DNA of 63,772 bases, filler included, from Lama guanicoe (lineage: Eukaryota): assembly GCA_013239625.1 (NCBI GenBank). It is 193 parts of 193 records of this genome, joined end to end, with 100 filler letters (N's around TTAATTAATTAA, not from the genome) between each part and the next. Parts side by side here need not be neighbours in the genome. Positions count along the whole stretch, not along the records: positions 12,243 to 12,473 come from PNXV01043868.1; positions 12,574 to 12,804 come from PNXV01043869.1; positions 12,905 to 13,135 come from PNXV01043870.1; positions 13,236 to 13,466 come from PNXV01043871.1; positions 13,567 to 13,797 come from PNXV01043872.1; positions 13,898 to 14,128 come from PNXV01043873.1; positions 14,229 to 14,459 come from PNXV01043874.1; positions 14,560 to 14,790 come from PNXV01043875.1; 185 more parts are not named here. One strand, 5' to 3'. The notes beneath the pieces are model-generated. The model had not been told where the DNA came from. It searched no databases and worked only from the letters and a program-made list of their open reading frames with translations. Made by a program: the position numbers and the translations under genes. Positions within the stretch are counted from its first letter, which is position 1; each line of letters begins with the position of its first letter. This document shows, in pieces, positions 12,143 to 23,065 of the stretch.

Positions 12143-12573
12143 NNNNNNNNNNNNNNNNNNNNNNNNNNNNNNNNNNNNNNNNNNNNTTAATTAATTAANN
12201 NNNNNNNNNNNNNNNNNNNNNNNNNNNNNNNNNNNNNNNNNNTTGGGGAAGGTTCTGGAAGGGGCCTCAGGTCCTGGTCCTCAATGACTGAGCCGAGCCA
12301 GCCCTTGGGACAAGGAGGGCCCTTCTGACCTCTCAGCCCCTGGCCAGCCCCCTCCCCAGCAGGAAAGCACCAGGCCCCTCCCCGCTGGTGCTGCGGCCCT
12401 GGGCCCGGCCTGGTGGGAGGACCACGGCCCACCTGTGCTGTTCTCTTTGCACGCTGCCAGGAGGGACCACTATNNNNNNNNNNNNNNNNNNNNNNNNNNN
12501 NNNNNNNNNNNNNNNNNTTAATTAATTAANNNNNNNNNNNNNNNNNNNNNNNNNNNNNNNNNNNNNNNNNNNN

Positions 12574-12804
12574 TAACAAATAAAAATTAATTCAAAATGG
12601 ATCACAGACAGAAACGTAAAAATTAACCTATAAGCTTTCTAAAAGAATACATAGTATAAATCTTTGTGGTCCTAGGATAGACTATGCTTTCCTAGATACA
12701 ATACCAAGAGCACAGTGATAAAAAAAAAAAAAAGGTAAACTGGACTTCATCAAACTTAAAACCATTTGTTACAAAGGATATCATCAAGAAAGTGAAATGA
12801 AAGG
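12574..12804 (+). mobile_element. L1 (L1MB/MC) ORF2 3' fragment
   Basis: AAAATTAATTCAAAATGGATCACAGAC..AAACTGGACTTCATCAAACTTAAAAC..ATCATCAAGAAAGTGAA. Confidence 0.9.
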
Positions 12805-14890
12805 NNNNNNNNNNNNNNNNNNNNNNNNNNNNNNNNNNNNNNNNNNNNTTAATTAATTAANNNNNNNNNNNNNNNNNNNNNNNNNNNNNNNNNNNNNNNN
12901 NNNNCTGAGGTAAGCAGAGGAAAGTATTCAACTGACTTCTTTCTGCACTGGCTCTTTCTGAGGCAGAAAACATTTATCTGTTGTTGCAGAAAGCCCCTAT
13001 CAAACACATTCTCCAAAATTGACTCCTTCCAAGATGATTTACAAGTGCTTTCAATCTTCAAGAATATGAAAAGATTTAATAATGTGAAAGAAAGTTCTGG
13101 CCAGTGATTATTTAATTCAAGTCTATAATTAACAANNNNNNNNNNNNNNNNNNNNNNNNNNNNNNNNNNNNNNNNNNNNTTAATTAATTAANNNNNNNNN
13201 NNNNNNNNNNNNNNNNNNNNNNNNNNNNNNNNNNNCCTCCTACCGACCTGTGCTCCTTGCTGGTGGGGGCATCGTGGTGTCGGTACCAGGTCCTGGTCTG
13301 TGCACAGAGAAGTGGCTCCGCAGCTTCCCTTGTCCTGGCATCCTGCCACAAGCCCTCCAGAGCTGCCCCCGTGAGCCCTAGCCTCTCCACCTGTCCCCTT
13401 CCCTCCCAAGCAGGTTTGAAGACTTCCTGGCCCGGAAGTGGTCCTCGGAGAAGCGGTTTGGCCTGGNNNNNNNNNNNNNNNNNNNNNNNNNNNNNNNNNN
13501 NNNNNNNNNNTTAATTAATTAANNNNNNNNNNNNNNNNNNNNNNNNNNNNNNNNNNNNNNNNNNNNGTCTCACCCCACATCACGGGGTTAGCGATCATCT
13601 CAGAAACCCGCCCCAGCACGGCATCATGCACCTCGCATCATCTGGTTCTGGTGACCCTCTGGCTTCAGCTTCCAACCTTCCTCCCCTTGTACCATATCAG
13701 AATAGCTTTAGTTTCCTGAAGAAGCTGGGTCATGGGCTCATATTGTCCCCCCAGTAAGGAATGTGTTTACACCTGTCTTTGCACAACTAAGCTGATCNNN
13801 NNNNNNNNNNNNNNNNNNNNNNNNNNNNNNNNNNNNNNNNNTTAATTAATTAANNNNNNNNNNNNNNNNNNNNNNNNNNNNNNNNNNNNNNNNNNNNTAG
13901 GTATCTGGACTTGGAAGGGTGTAAATTTCTAAAATAAGCCACATGACGGATATCCTATGCAGTTTAACCATACTGGGGTCAGAATTAGAACTCAGCCTCT
14001 ATATGTGTAAAATTTTATGTATTTTCCTGAGTTATGGTGTTAGAATGCGGGTAAAGTGTGTGTTTTGTATAACTTTAAGTAACTAACTTTGAAGAATATT
14101 TCTAATCCCTTTTCATCCTGAGATTCACNNNNNNNNNNNNNNNNNNNNNNNNNNNNNNNNNNNNNNNNNNNNTTAATTAATTAANNNNNNNNNNNNNNNN
14201 NNNNNNNNNNNNNNNNNNNNNNNNNNNNGGCTCCATGGGAAAACCCGCCGCTTCTTCCACCACCCCCAAAGTACCACGCCAGCCTCCCGGGGTCAGGCTG
14301 ACTAGGATACAGGTGTCCCGTAACCCAGGACAACAAAGACCACCCCCTGGACAAGCTGCGGGGAAGATGGGAGCAAATGGGCCAGCTCTCCCGCTGCAGG
14401 CCCCCGACCCCTGCCACCCCTGCACCCTGACTACCCTGCCTCCCGCCCCCAGCAGGCAANNNNNNNNNNNNNNNNNNNNNNNNNNNNNNNNNNNNNNNNN
14501 NNNTTAATTAATTAANNNNNNNNNNNNNNNNNNNNNNNNNNNNNNNNNNNNNNNNNNNNTTTTTTCTTTTTCTATTTTTTCCTTTTTTTTCCTCTTTACT
14601 TCTGAAGAGGCTAAAAGTTTTCCAAAGTTATCAATCATCAAACAAATTAAAGAAAATGACACAGTGAGAAGTTATTATTATCACTGTGCAAAACTCCTAT
14701 CCTTGACCTTTCCCAGTATTTCATTAAATGTAAATATTTTATAGAATTTTTGTACATGTTCATTGAAGAAATCACACATTTTTTAAAAGGNNNNNNNNNN
14801 NNNNNNNNNNNNNNNNNNNNNNNNNNNNNNNNNNTTAATTAATTAANNNNNNNNNNNNNNNNNNNNNNNNNNNNNNNNNNNNNNNNNNNN

Positions 14891-15121
14891 CTATCTTCTG
14901 CCAGCTTTGAGTTTAGTCTTTTCTTTTTTATCTAGTTTCTTAAGATACAATCTAAGGCTCATTCTTTTTCATTGTTTTACTAAAATAGTTATTTACTGCT
15001 GTAAATTTCCCCCTAAGAATGTCTTTAGCTATATCCTATAAGCTATGATTTGTTTTTTAAATTTTAATTCAGTTCAGACTTTTTTCTAAATTCCTTTTTT
15101 ATTTATTCTTTGATCAATAGG
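14891..15121 (-). mobile_element. old L1 ORF2 fragment
   Basis: T-rich; TTTACTGCTGTAAATTTCCCCCTAAG..CTTTAGCTATATCC, typical antisense L1. Confidence 0.8.
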
Positions 15122-15221
15122 NNNNNNNNNNNNNNNNNNNNNNNNNNNNNNNNNNNNNNNNNNNNTTAATTAATTAANNNNNNNNNNNNNNNNNNNNNNN
15201 NNNNNNNNNNNNNNNNNNNNN

Positions 15222-15450
<229 letters not shown>

Positions 15451-16545
15451 AGNNNNNNNNNNNNNNNNNNNNNNNNNNNNNNNNNNNNNNNNNNNNTTAA
15501 TTAATTAANNNNNNNNNNNNNNNNNNNNNNNNNNNNNNNNNNNNNNNNNNNNAAGAAATTGAGAGGCACATACTCTTAAAATGTAAAATATCTCACAGCA
15601 ACCACTGGAAAAAAATGTAAAAGAACAAATAGATTTCAAACTGGCCAAACTGTAACCGTGAATTCCGAAAGAATCAACCAGTTCTGAACCCCAGCCTTCT
15701 GGCCTTGAAACCCCATCAGAGACTGAACTCATGCTCTCATTTTTTCCACACGTTCTTACTCCCACCCCGCCCTACACAAAAGANNNNNNNNNNNNNNNNN
15801 NNNNNNNNNNNNNNNNNNNNNNNNNNNTTAATTAATTAANNNNNNNNNNNNNNNNNNNNNNNNNNNNNNNNNNNNNNNNNNNNTAGCCTTAAGGATGGCC
15901 AACAGGATGGCCTTAAGCAGTGAACTGAAAAAGCACCTTCAAACTCTGTAACCGGAGGGTATTGAAGGTGCTTCACACCAGCAGGCTGGAGTCAGGGAGA
16001 GGACTGGGAAGCCCTGCCTGAGTGCGGCCTGGCAGGGGGTCCTGCCACACAGTCTGCACAGCTAATGTTGGTCCTGGGGCAGTTTTGGAGGGGGGAACCA
16101 AAAAGCTTTAGATCNNNNNNNNNNNNNNNNNNNNNNNNNNNNNNNNNNNNNNNNNNNNTTAATTAATTAANNNNNNNNNNNNNNNNNNNNNNNNNNNNNN
16201 NNNNNNNNNNNNNNCAGAGTATTTACTAAAGGGAGAGGCAAATGGCAAATCAAAAAAAAAAAATTAGAAGAAGTATGACCAGCAAGAATTAATGAATACT
16301 AAGAATGATCTCTTTTCCACATATTTAAACATAAGCAATTTTAAAAACAATTTTCAATTTCCATTTCCAGACCTGGGTATTAGCAGGGAAGAAATGACCT
16401 TTAAATATCTGAAGAAGCTTAATGAGCTGATTCTCTTGAAAGTTANNNNNNNNNNNNNNNNNNNNNNNNNNNNNNNNNNNNNNNNNNNNTTAATTAATTA
16501 ANNNNNNNNNNNNNNNNNNNNNNNNNNNNNNNNNNNNNNNNNNNN

Positions 16546-16776
16546 TGTCTTAATAATGGATTAATAAATGAAAAGAAAGAAGCATCTAACCTGCCTTTCC
16601 TCTATGAACTGCTTCAATGGGTAGCTGTAGATGGAGGGAAGTGTCCCATTACAAAATTAAACCAGCTGATAAATGAAAAAGAAATGATGTAATTAGAATA
16701 TCATCCTTCTTCACCCCCAAATGGACAAACCAATGTAAGCACTGAACATCATTGCTGCTAACACCTCAAAAATAGA
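16546..16776 (+). mobile_element. L1MC/ME 3' UTR fragment
   Basis: ATAAATGAAAAAGAAATGAT..AATTAGAATATCA..CATCATTGCTGCTAACA. Confidence 0.7.
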
Positions 16777-16876
16777 NNNNNNNNNNNNNNNNNNNNNNNN
16801 NNNNNNNNNNNNNNNNNNNNTTAATTAATTAANNNNNNNNNNNNNNNNNNNNNNNNNNNNNNNNNNNNNNNNNNNN

Positions 16877-17107
16877 GTCCTGGCTGCAGCTGCAGGGGCG
16901 GCGGCGGAGGCTCGGCCGGGCGTCCGCGGGCCGTGGGGGATGGGGGCGGCGAGCTCCAGCCCTCGGCGGCGGCGGCGGCGGCCGTGAGTGTCGGGCGGGC
17001 GTCCGCGTCCAGGACGCGGGATGGAGCGCCGCGGTGAGTGTGGGGCGGCGGCGGCGGGGGCTGGGGTCACCCGCGGCGGCCACCCGCGCGTTGCCGTCCA
17101 GGGTCCG
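16877..17107 (+). promoter_or_regulatory. CpG island with (GGC)n runs and probable first-exon donor sites
   Basis: Extremely GC/CpG-rich; GTGAGT at 16984 and 17034; GGGATGG Kozak ATG at 17021 giving MERR+G before the donor. Confidence 0.75.
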
Positions 17108-17207
17108 NNNNNNNNNNNNNNNNNNNNNNNNNNNNNNNNNNNNNNNNNNNNTTAATTAATTAANNNNNNNNNNNNNNNNNNNNNNNNNNNNNNNNNNNNN
17201 NNNNNNN

Positions 17208-17438
17208 CACACACATAAAATTACAATGGGTTATTACTCAGGTATAAAAAGAATAATTTCTTGTCATTTGCAACAAATGTGTAGACAAAGAGGGTAATAC
17301 GCTAAGTGAAATATCTCAGAAAGAAAATGAGAAATGAGGAATGATTTTACTCATATTTGTAATTTTAAACAAATGAACATAACAACACTGAAAAGGAGTT
17401 ATAGATATAGAAAGAAACATGTTGTTCACAAGAAGGAG
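17208..17438 (+). mobile_element. L1 3' end fragment
   Basis: TATTACTCAG.TATAAAAAGAAT..CATTTGCAACA..GAGGGTAATACGCTAAGTGAAAT. Confidence 0.85.
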
Positions 17439-17869
17439 NNNNNNNNNNNNNNNNNNNNNNNNNNNNNNNNNNNNNNNNNNNNTTAATTAATTAANNNNNN
17501 NNNNNNNNNNNNNNNNNNNNNNNNNNNNNNNNNNNNNNTTAGAGTCAGTCTCTGTTCAACACAAGATTTCATCTCGGCTTCGGTCAACGAGTTGTCCTCA
17601 TAGTCTGCTCAGGGATACTGTTTCTGGGATCAGTTCCTCCAACACAGGACACATGCAGCAAGATCTTTAGTTCCTCCATCTCTATCTTCAATTCAAAAAA
17701 TTCCAGGGAAATTATATGCCTTTTCCTGTGGCCAGGAAAGTGGGATCTGTTATCAGCTACCCCATCAGANNNNNNNNNNNNNNNNNNNNNNNNNNNNNNN
17801 NNNNNNNNNNNNNTTAATTAATTAANNNNNNNNNNNNNNNNNNNNNNNNNNNNNNNNNNNNNNNNNNNN

Positions 17870-18060
17870 CAAAACTCTTTTATCAAGCGACATGTTGGGC
17901 ATCACCCAACTACTATCATATTTGTCTGACGGCAGATTTTTTGCTTTACACTTGGATGAAACCAATTACGTGCAGGGTATGAATCAGCTTTGGCACGTCA
18001 GTAATGCGTAGACGAAGACGACGTGGTCACCGGATTTTGATCTGGTCGTCACTGTATTGC
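17870..18060 (+). mobile_element. hAT Charlie/Buster-type transposase fossil
   Basis: Frame containing 17931 reads SDMLGITQLLSYLSDGRFFALHLDETNYVQGMNQL, resembling the Buster/Charlie first catalytic Asp motif FALQLDESTDVxGxAQL; stop codons follow. Confidence 0.7.
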
Positions 18061-18360
18061 TATAGGACACAAGGTTTATTTAGGTAACTATGTTATGAAC
18101 NNNNNNNNNNNNNNNNNNNNNNNNNNNNNNNNNNNNNNNNNNNNTTAATTAATTAANNNNNNNNNNNNNNNNNNNNNNNNNNNNNNNNNNNNNNNNNNNN
18201 CAGTTAAAAGCTTAATAAATAATGAGCATGCAGTACAGGATTTCTGGGGAGAAAAGTACACCTGGAAATAAACTACAACAGTTTACAGTAGTCCTTCCTG
18301 GGGAAGCATTACAAGTAAGCTTCATGGTTAATGTCATACATGTCCATATTGTTTTTACTT

Positions 18361-18431
18361 GTTTTTTGAGGGGGAGGTAACTCGGTTTATTTATTTAGTT
18401 ATTTCAATGGAGGTACTGGGGACTGAACTCA
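18361..18431 (-). mobile_element. Vic-1-type SINE 3' part
   Basis: GGGGGAGGTAACTCGGTTTATTTATTT..ATGGAGGTACTGGGGACTGAAC. Confidence 0.85.
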
Positions 18432-18862
18432 NNNNNNNNNNNNNNNNNNNNNNNNNNNNNNNNNNNNNNNNNNNNTTAATTAATTAANNNNNNNNNNNNN
18501 NNNNNNNNNNNNNNNNNNNNNNNNNNNNNNNGAAGAGATGTGACACCGAGTCAGAGAAAACCCTGCCTCTGTCGGTGCCAGCTGAAGCCAGGGTGACCCT
18601 TCTGGGGCGGACAGCTCATCACACTACGGCATCTGCACTGGAGTCCGTGGCATCTCGTGTGGGTACTAAATTATAAGGAAAGTACTAATTTTTAAAATTT
18701 ATTCTAGCCCCCCCCACCCCATATTTAAACTTCCAGGGGCACCCTTTGTGGGAGCCTAGGTCNNNNNNNNNNNNNNNNNNNNNNNNNNNNNNNNNNNNNN
18801 NNNNNNTTAATTAATTAANNNNNNNNNNNNNNNNNNNNNNNNNNNNNNNNNNNNNNNNNNNN

Positions 18863-19093
18863 GGCTGGGTGTCGCGGGGACCCTTTGTGCCTGTTTAACT
18901 CAGTTCTGTCAGTCAAGGGGTACTCAGGGGAGATCTGAGCCTCGGAGGCTCCCCCTCTATCCCGCTGGCCTTTCCTTTGGAGGGGGGAGACCCAGCGAAC
19001 GAGCGCCAGTCCTCCTTTGCAGCTCCCTCCCCGTGGGATCGGTTCCGCACTGTTTTGCTTTTTCTTCTTTTTTCCTTTTCTCCTACCAGATTT
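18863..19093 (-). mobile_element. probable lineage-specific L1 5' UTR
   Basis: CpG-retaining; GCAGCTCCCTCCCC..CGCACTGTTTTGCTTTTTCTTC..TTCTCCTACCAGATTT resembles antisense camelid L1 5' end as recalled. Confidence 0.5.
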
Positions 19094-19193
19094 NNNNNNN
19101 NNNNNNNNNNNNNNNNNNNNNNNNNNNNNNNNNNNNNTTAATTAATTAANNNNNNNNNNNNNNNNNNNNNNNNNNNNNNNNNNNNNNNNNNNN

Positions 19194-19311
19194 AAGTGGT
19201 GTCGTATGATATTTGTCTTTCCCTGTCGGACTTACTTCACTCACTGTGATCATCTCCAGGTCCATGCATGTTGCTGCAAATGGTGTTATTTGTTCCTTTT
19301 TATGGCTGAGT
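19194..19311 (-). mobile_element. L1 3' fragment
   Basis: ATATTTGTCTTTC..GACTTACTTCACT..AGGTCCATGCATGTTGCTGCAAATGG..TTTTTATGGCTGAGT. Confidence 0.9.
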
Positions 19312-22172
19312 GTTTCAACCTCCAACTTTTATTATCACCAACCACGCACTTTAGATTAGCCATCGACGATGAGCCGCAGCAGGACTGACATATTTGCTTC
19401 TGTACGGACCACGGTGGCAGTGGTNNNNNNNNNNNNNNNNNNNNNNNNNNNNNNNNNNNNNNNNNNNNTTAATTAATTAANNNNNNNNNNNNNNNNNNNN
19501 NNNNNNNNNNNNNNNNNNNNNNNNGGACATATCCTCAGACCAGGGGTTGAAGGCAAGGGGAGTAAACATTCCCTTGTCCACTGCGTGGACAATCTCCACC
19601 TAAAGGGCCTTCAGGATATAATACAGCAGGTATCTGAAGACCAGACCAGGGACCACCTTCTTTATGCAAAGTCCCTTGGGATTGTCTACTGTTTTAAATT
19701 AAATGGGAAATTACGCCCATGGATCCTACTGCTTTGATGTCTTAAAGTCAACCATNNNNNNNNNNNNNNNNNNNNNNNNNNNNNNNNNNNNNNNNNNNNT
19801 TAATTAATTAANNNNNNNNNNNNNNNNNNNNNNNNNNNNNNNNNNNNNNNNNNNNCAGTGCTGCGGGCCTGCTCTGCACAGCACCAGGCCAGGCAGAGTT
19901 ACAGAAACAAGGACGCTTTCGACGGTCAGTACCCAGGGGTGGCGAGGGCTGCTTGGGGGGCAGGGCCTGCTGTCACGGCGCTCGGTGGTGACGGCCACCA
20001 GCCGAAGTCTGAAGGGAGGCTGGCACGTGCGGGTCACGGGTACAGACCCTAGAGTCACCTGCTCCAGTCCTGAGACTCTGTCTTCCNNNNNNNNNNNNNN
20101 NNNNNNNNNNNNNNNNNNNNNNNNNNNNNNTTAATTAATTAANNNNNNNNNNNNNNNNNNNNNNNNNNNNNNNNNNNNNNNNNNNNTACGGCTTCCCCGG
20201 TTAGAGACCCCAGGCACAGGACAGCTCCTCTGTCAAGGCCTCTGTGTGTAAGATCCCAGAGAAGGATGGGACTGACCCGTGGGTCTGTCCCCAGGCCTGG
20301 GTTGTGGCCTTGGTCTGTGCTTGGGTGAGTGGCCAGATTGGGAGTGATGCTTGGACAGGGACCCACCGCACCCACATGGAGGGAGTGACACTCAGAATAA
20401 AAGGGACGAAACCCCCTNNNNNNNNNNNNNNNNNNNNNNNNNNNNNNNNNNNNNNNNNNNNTTAATTAATTAANNNNNNNNNNNNNNNNNNNNNNNNNNN
20501 NNNNNNNNNNNNNNNNNAACTTAAAGGAATTTGTGAAGAGGAAACACATTAAAGGTTGCAAAGAAAGCTTGTAAAGGCAGTCAGGTTAATGGCACGGCAG
20601 AAACAAAGCAGTCAAAACTTTAGCAATATTTAAGCTCGCCAAGTATGGAGAAGCTGGGTGTGGGCAAAAAGAGATGGACGATTCAGACAGACCACAAGAT
20701 TTTGGTGTGAGTATTTTTTTTTCCGCAAAAGAAAAGGGATGCAGAGCANNNNNNNNNNNNNNNNNNNNNNNNNNNNNNNNNNNNNNNNNNNNTTAATTAA
20801 TTAANNNNNNNNNNNNNNNNNNNNNNNNNNNNNNNNNNNNNNNNNNNNAAGCATTGTGTGCTGTGTTTTAGATCTGGGCTCTTGCTTAAACTTGTCCCTC
20901 TTTAACTCTTTCTTTTGGAGATAGTCGCATCACTTCTCCAGGCATCAGTGTCTTCTTTCAATCAGTAACAGTTTCTTATTAAGCATCTGTCAAACCCTGT
21001 GGACTGTACTAGGTTCTATGGATACAGTGATATTAAGCCAGAATTGGTACCTCTTCTCATTCTGCAGGGAAAGATGATGNNNNNNNNNNNNNNNNNNNNN
21101 NNNNNNNNNNNNNNNNNNNNNNNTTAATTAATTAANNNNNNNNNNNNNNNNNNNNNNNNNNNNNNNNNNNNNNNNNNNNCTAAACCACCTTCCCCCTCCT
21201 TTCTCCAAAGGGCAAAATTCTAGTCAAGGTTCCAGGCTCTCTTGCATGTAATCATCACCTTCCTCCATTGTCTATCCTTCCTCTGAATGTATAATTCTAT
21301 CCTTTCAGCTAACTAAGCACTCTGTTCATTGAATTAGTAAAAGATTTCCATTGCTTGATTGGTCTTTGTATGCAAAGTCATCTCTCCTGTTTCATTCTGA
21401 AATTCTCAAGNNNNNNNNNNNNNNNNNNNNNNNNNNNNNNNNNNNNNNNNNNNNTTAATTAATTAANNNNNNNNNNNNNNNNNNNNNNNNNNNNNNNNNN
21501 NNNNNNNNNNCATGGTTCAAAAATATATCTACAATATGTACTTCATAATGAATGGATTAAAATCAGCAGGGCCCAATAACACAATTATTGGGTATTCACA
21601 GAAATGAGAATCCCATCTCCAGACCACAAGGCATCCCTTTGGAGCAGAGAGTCAACACGGGGCTGTCACAAAGCCGTCACCAGAAAAGCTATGCTATCCT
21701 GCACTTACGAGGAACGAGCATGTGTGCTCAGGCTGCCAACGNNNNNNNNNNNNNNNNNNNNNNNNNNNNNNNNNNNNNNNNNNNNTTAATTAATTAANNN
21801 NNNNNNNNNNNNNNNNNNNNNNNNNNNNNNNNNNNNNNNNNCTTGCTGGAGGAACTAGACAGCGCCCCATTCTTTAGCCATGAAAGCAGGATGTCACTAA
21901 AGGTGGCCTCATATTACTGTTTAAAGGCCTATTAGAAATCTCATTTTTTTTTTTTTGAGATGTCATTGTGATGCAAAGTGGTTTGGGGTTTCATTACCTG
22001 TGCAAGCCCTTTGTTGGGCTGGGCCGGCCTGTTGTGTCCCCAGATTTGTTATTCTTTCCTTGACTGCTATTCNNNNNNNNNNNNNNNNNNNNNNNNNNNN
22101 NNNNNNNNNNNNNNNNTTAATTAATTAANNNNNNNNNNNNNNNNNNNNNNNNNNNNNNNNNNNNNNNNNNNN

Positions 22173-22395
22173 GATACAGACACACGGGGAGACCACGTGA
22201 AGACACGGTGGGGAGAGGGCCGCCAGCAAGCCACAGAGAGGGCCTGGGGCTGACCCTTCCTCGCGCCTTCAGAGGGAGCGTGGCGCTGCCCGCACCTTGA
22301 CTTGGGGTTTCTCTCCTCCAGAACCTAGATGATAAACTTCTGTGGTTTAAGCCACCCAGGCTGCGCTGTCACGGCGGCCCAGCAAACTCACTCAG
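22173..22395 (+). mobile_element. MLT1A-C-like LTR 3' part
   Basis: CCACGTGAAGACAC..CAAGCCA.AGAGAG..CACCTTGAC..CCTCCAGAAC..ATAAACTTCTGTGGTTTAAGCCACCCAG. Confidence 0.85.
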
Positions 22396-22503
22396 GTGCT
22401 GTTNNNNNNNNNNNNNNNNNNNNNNNNNNNNNNNNNNNNNNNNNNNNTTAATTAATTAANNNNNNNNNNNNNNNNNNNNNNNNNNNNNNNNNNNNNNNNN
22501 NNN

Positions 22504-22734
22504 CCCCCAAAATTCAAAGTCCTAATCCCCAGTACCTCAGAACATCACTGTATTGGAGAATTACATTTTAAAAGATGTAATTAAGGTAAAATGAGGTCGA
22601 ATGGGTGGGCCCACTGGCTAATCCTGACCACTGTCCTTGTAAGAAGAGATCAGGACCCAGACACACAGGTGGAAGATGATGTGACGACCTAGGGAGAAGC
22701 CATGCGCAAGCCAGGGAGAGGCGCCTCAGAAGAA
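22504..22734 (+). mobile_element. MLT1A/B LTR 5' part (copy 1 of near-identical pair)
   Basis: CCCCCAAAATTCA..GTCCTAATCCCCAGTACCTCAGAA..TAATTAAGGTAAAATGAGGTC..GTCCTTGTAAGAAGAG. Confidence 0.9.
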
Positions 22735-22834
22735 NNNNNNNNNNNNNNNNNNNNNNNNNNNNNNNNNNNNNNNNNNNNTTAATTAATTAANNNNNNNNNN
22801 NNNNNNNNNNNNNNNNNNNNNNNNNNNNNNNNNN

Positions 22835-23065
22835 CCCCCAAAATTCAAAGTCCTAATCCCCAGTACCTCAGAACATCACTGTACTGGAGAATTACATCTT
22901 AAAAGATGTAATTAAGGTAAAATGAGGTCGTATGGGTGGGCCCACTGGCTAATCTTGACCAGTGTCCTTGTAAGAAGAGATTAGGACCCAGACACACAGG
23001 CGGAAGATGATGTGAAGACCTAGGGAGAAGCCATGCGCAAGCCAGGGAGAGGCGCCTCAGAAGAA
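22835..23065 (+). mobile_element. MLT1A/B LTR 5' part (copy 2 of near-identical pair)
   Basis: Same start and end as 22504-22734, 8 substitutions. Confidence 0.9.

Noticed and set aside
22504..23065. Tandem duplication or paired LTRs of a provirus
   Set aside because: The copies are separate contigs with symmetric 49-bp identical ends; adjacency comes from assembler ordering.
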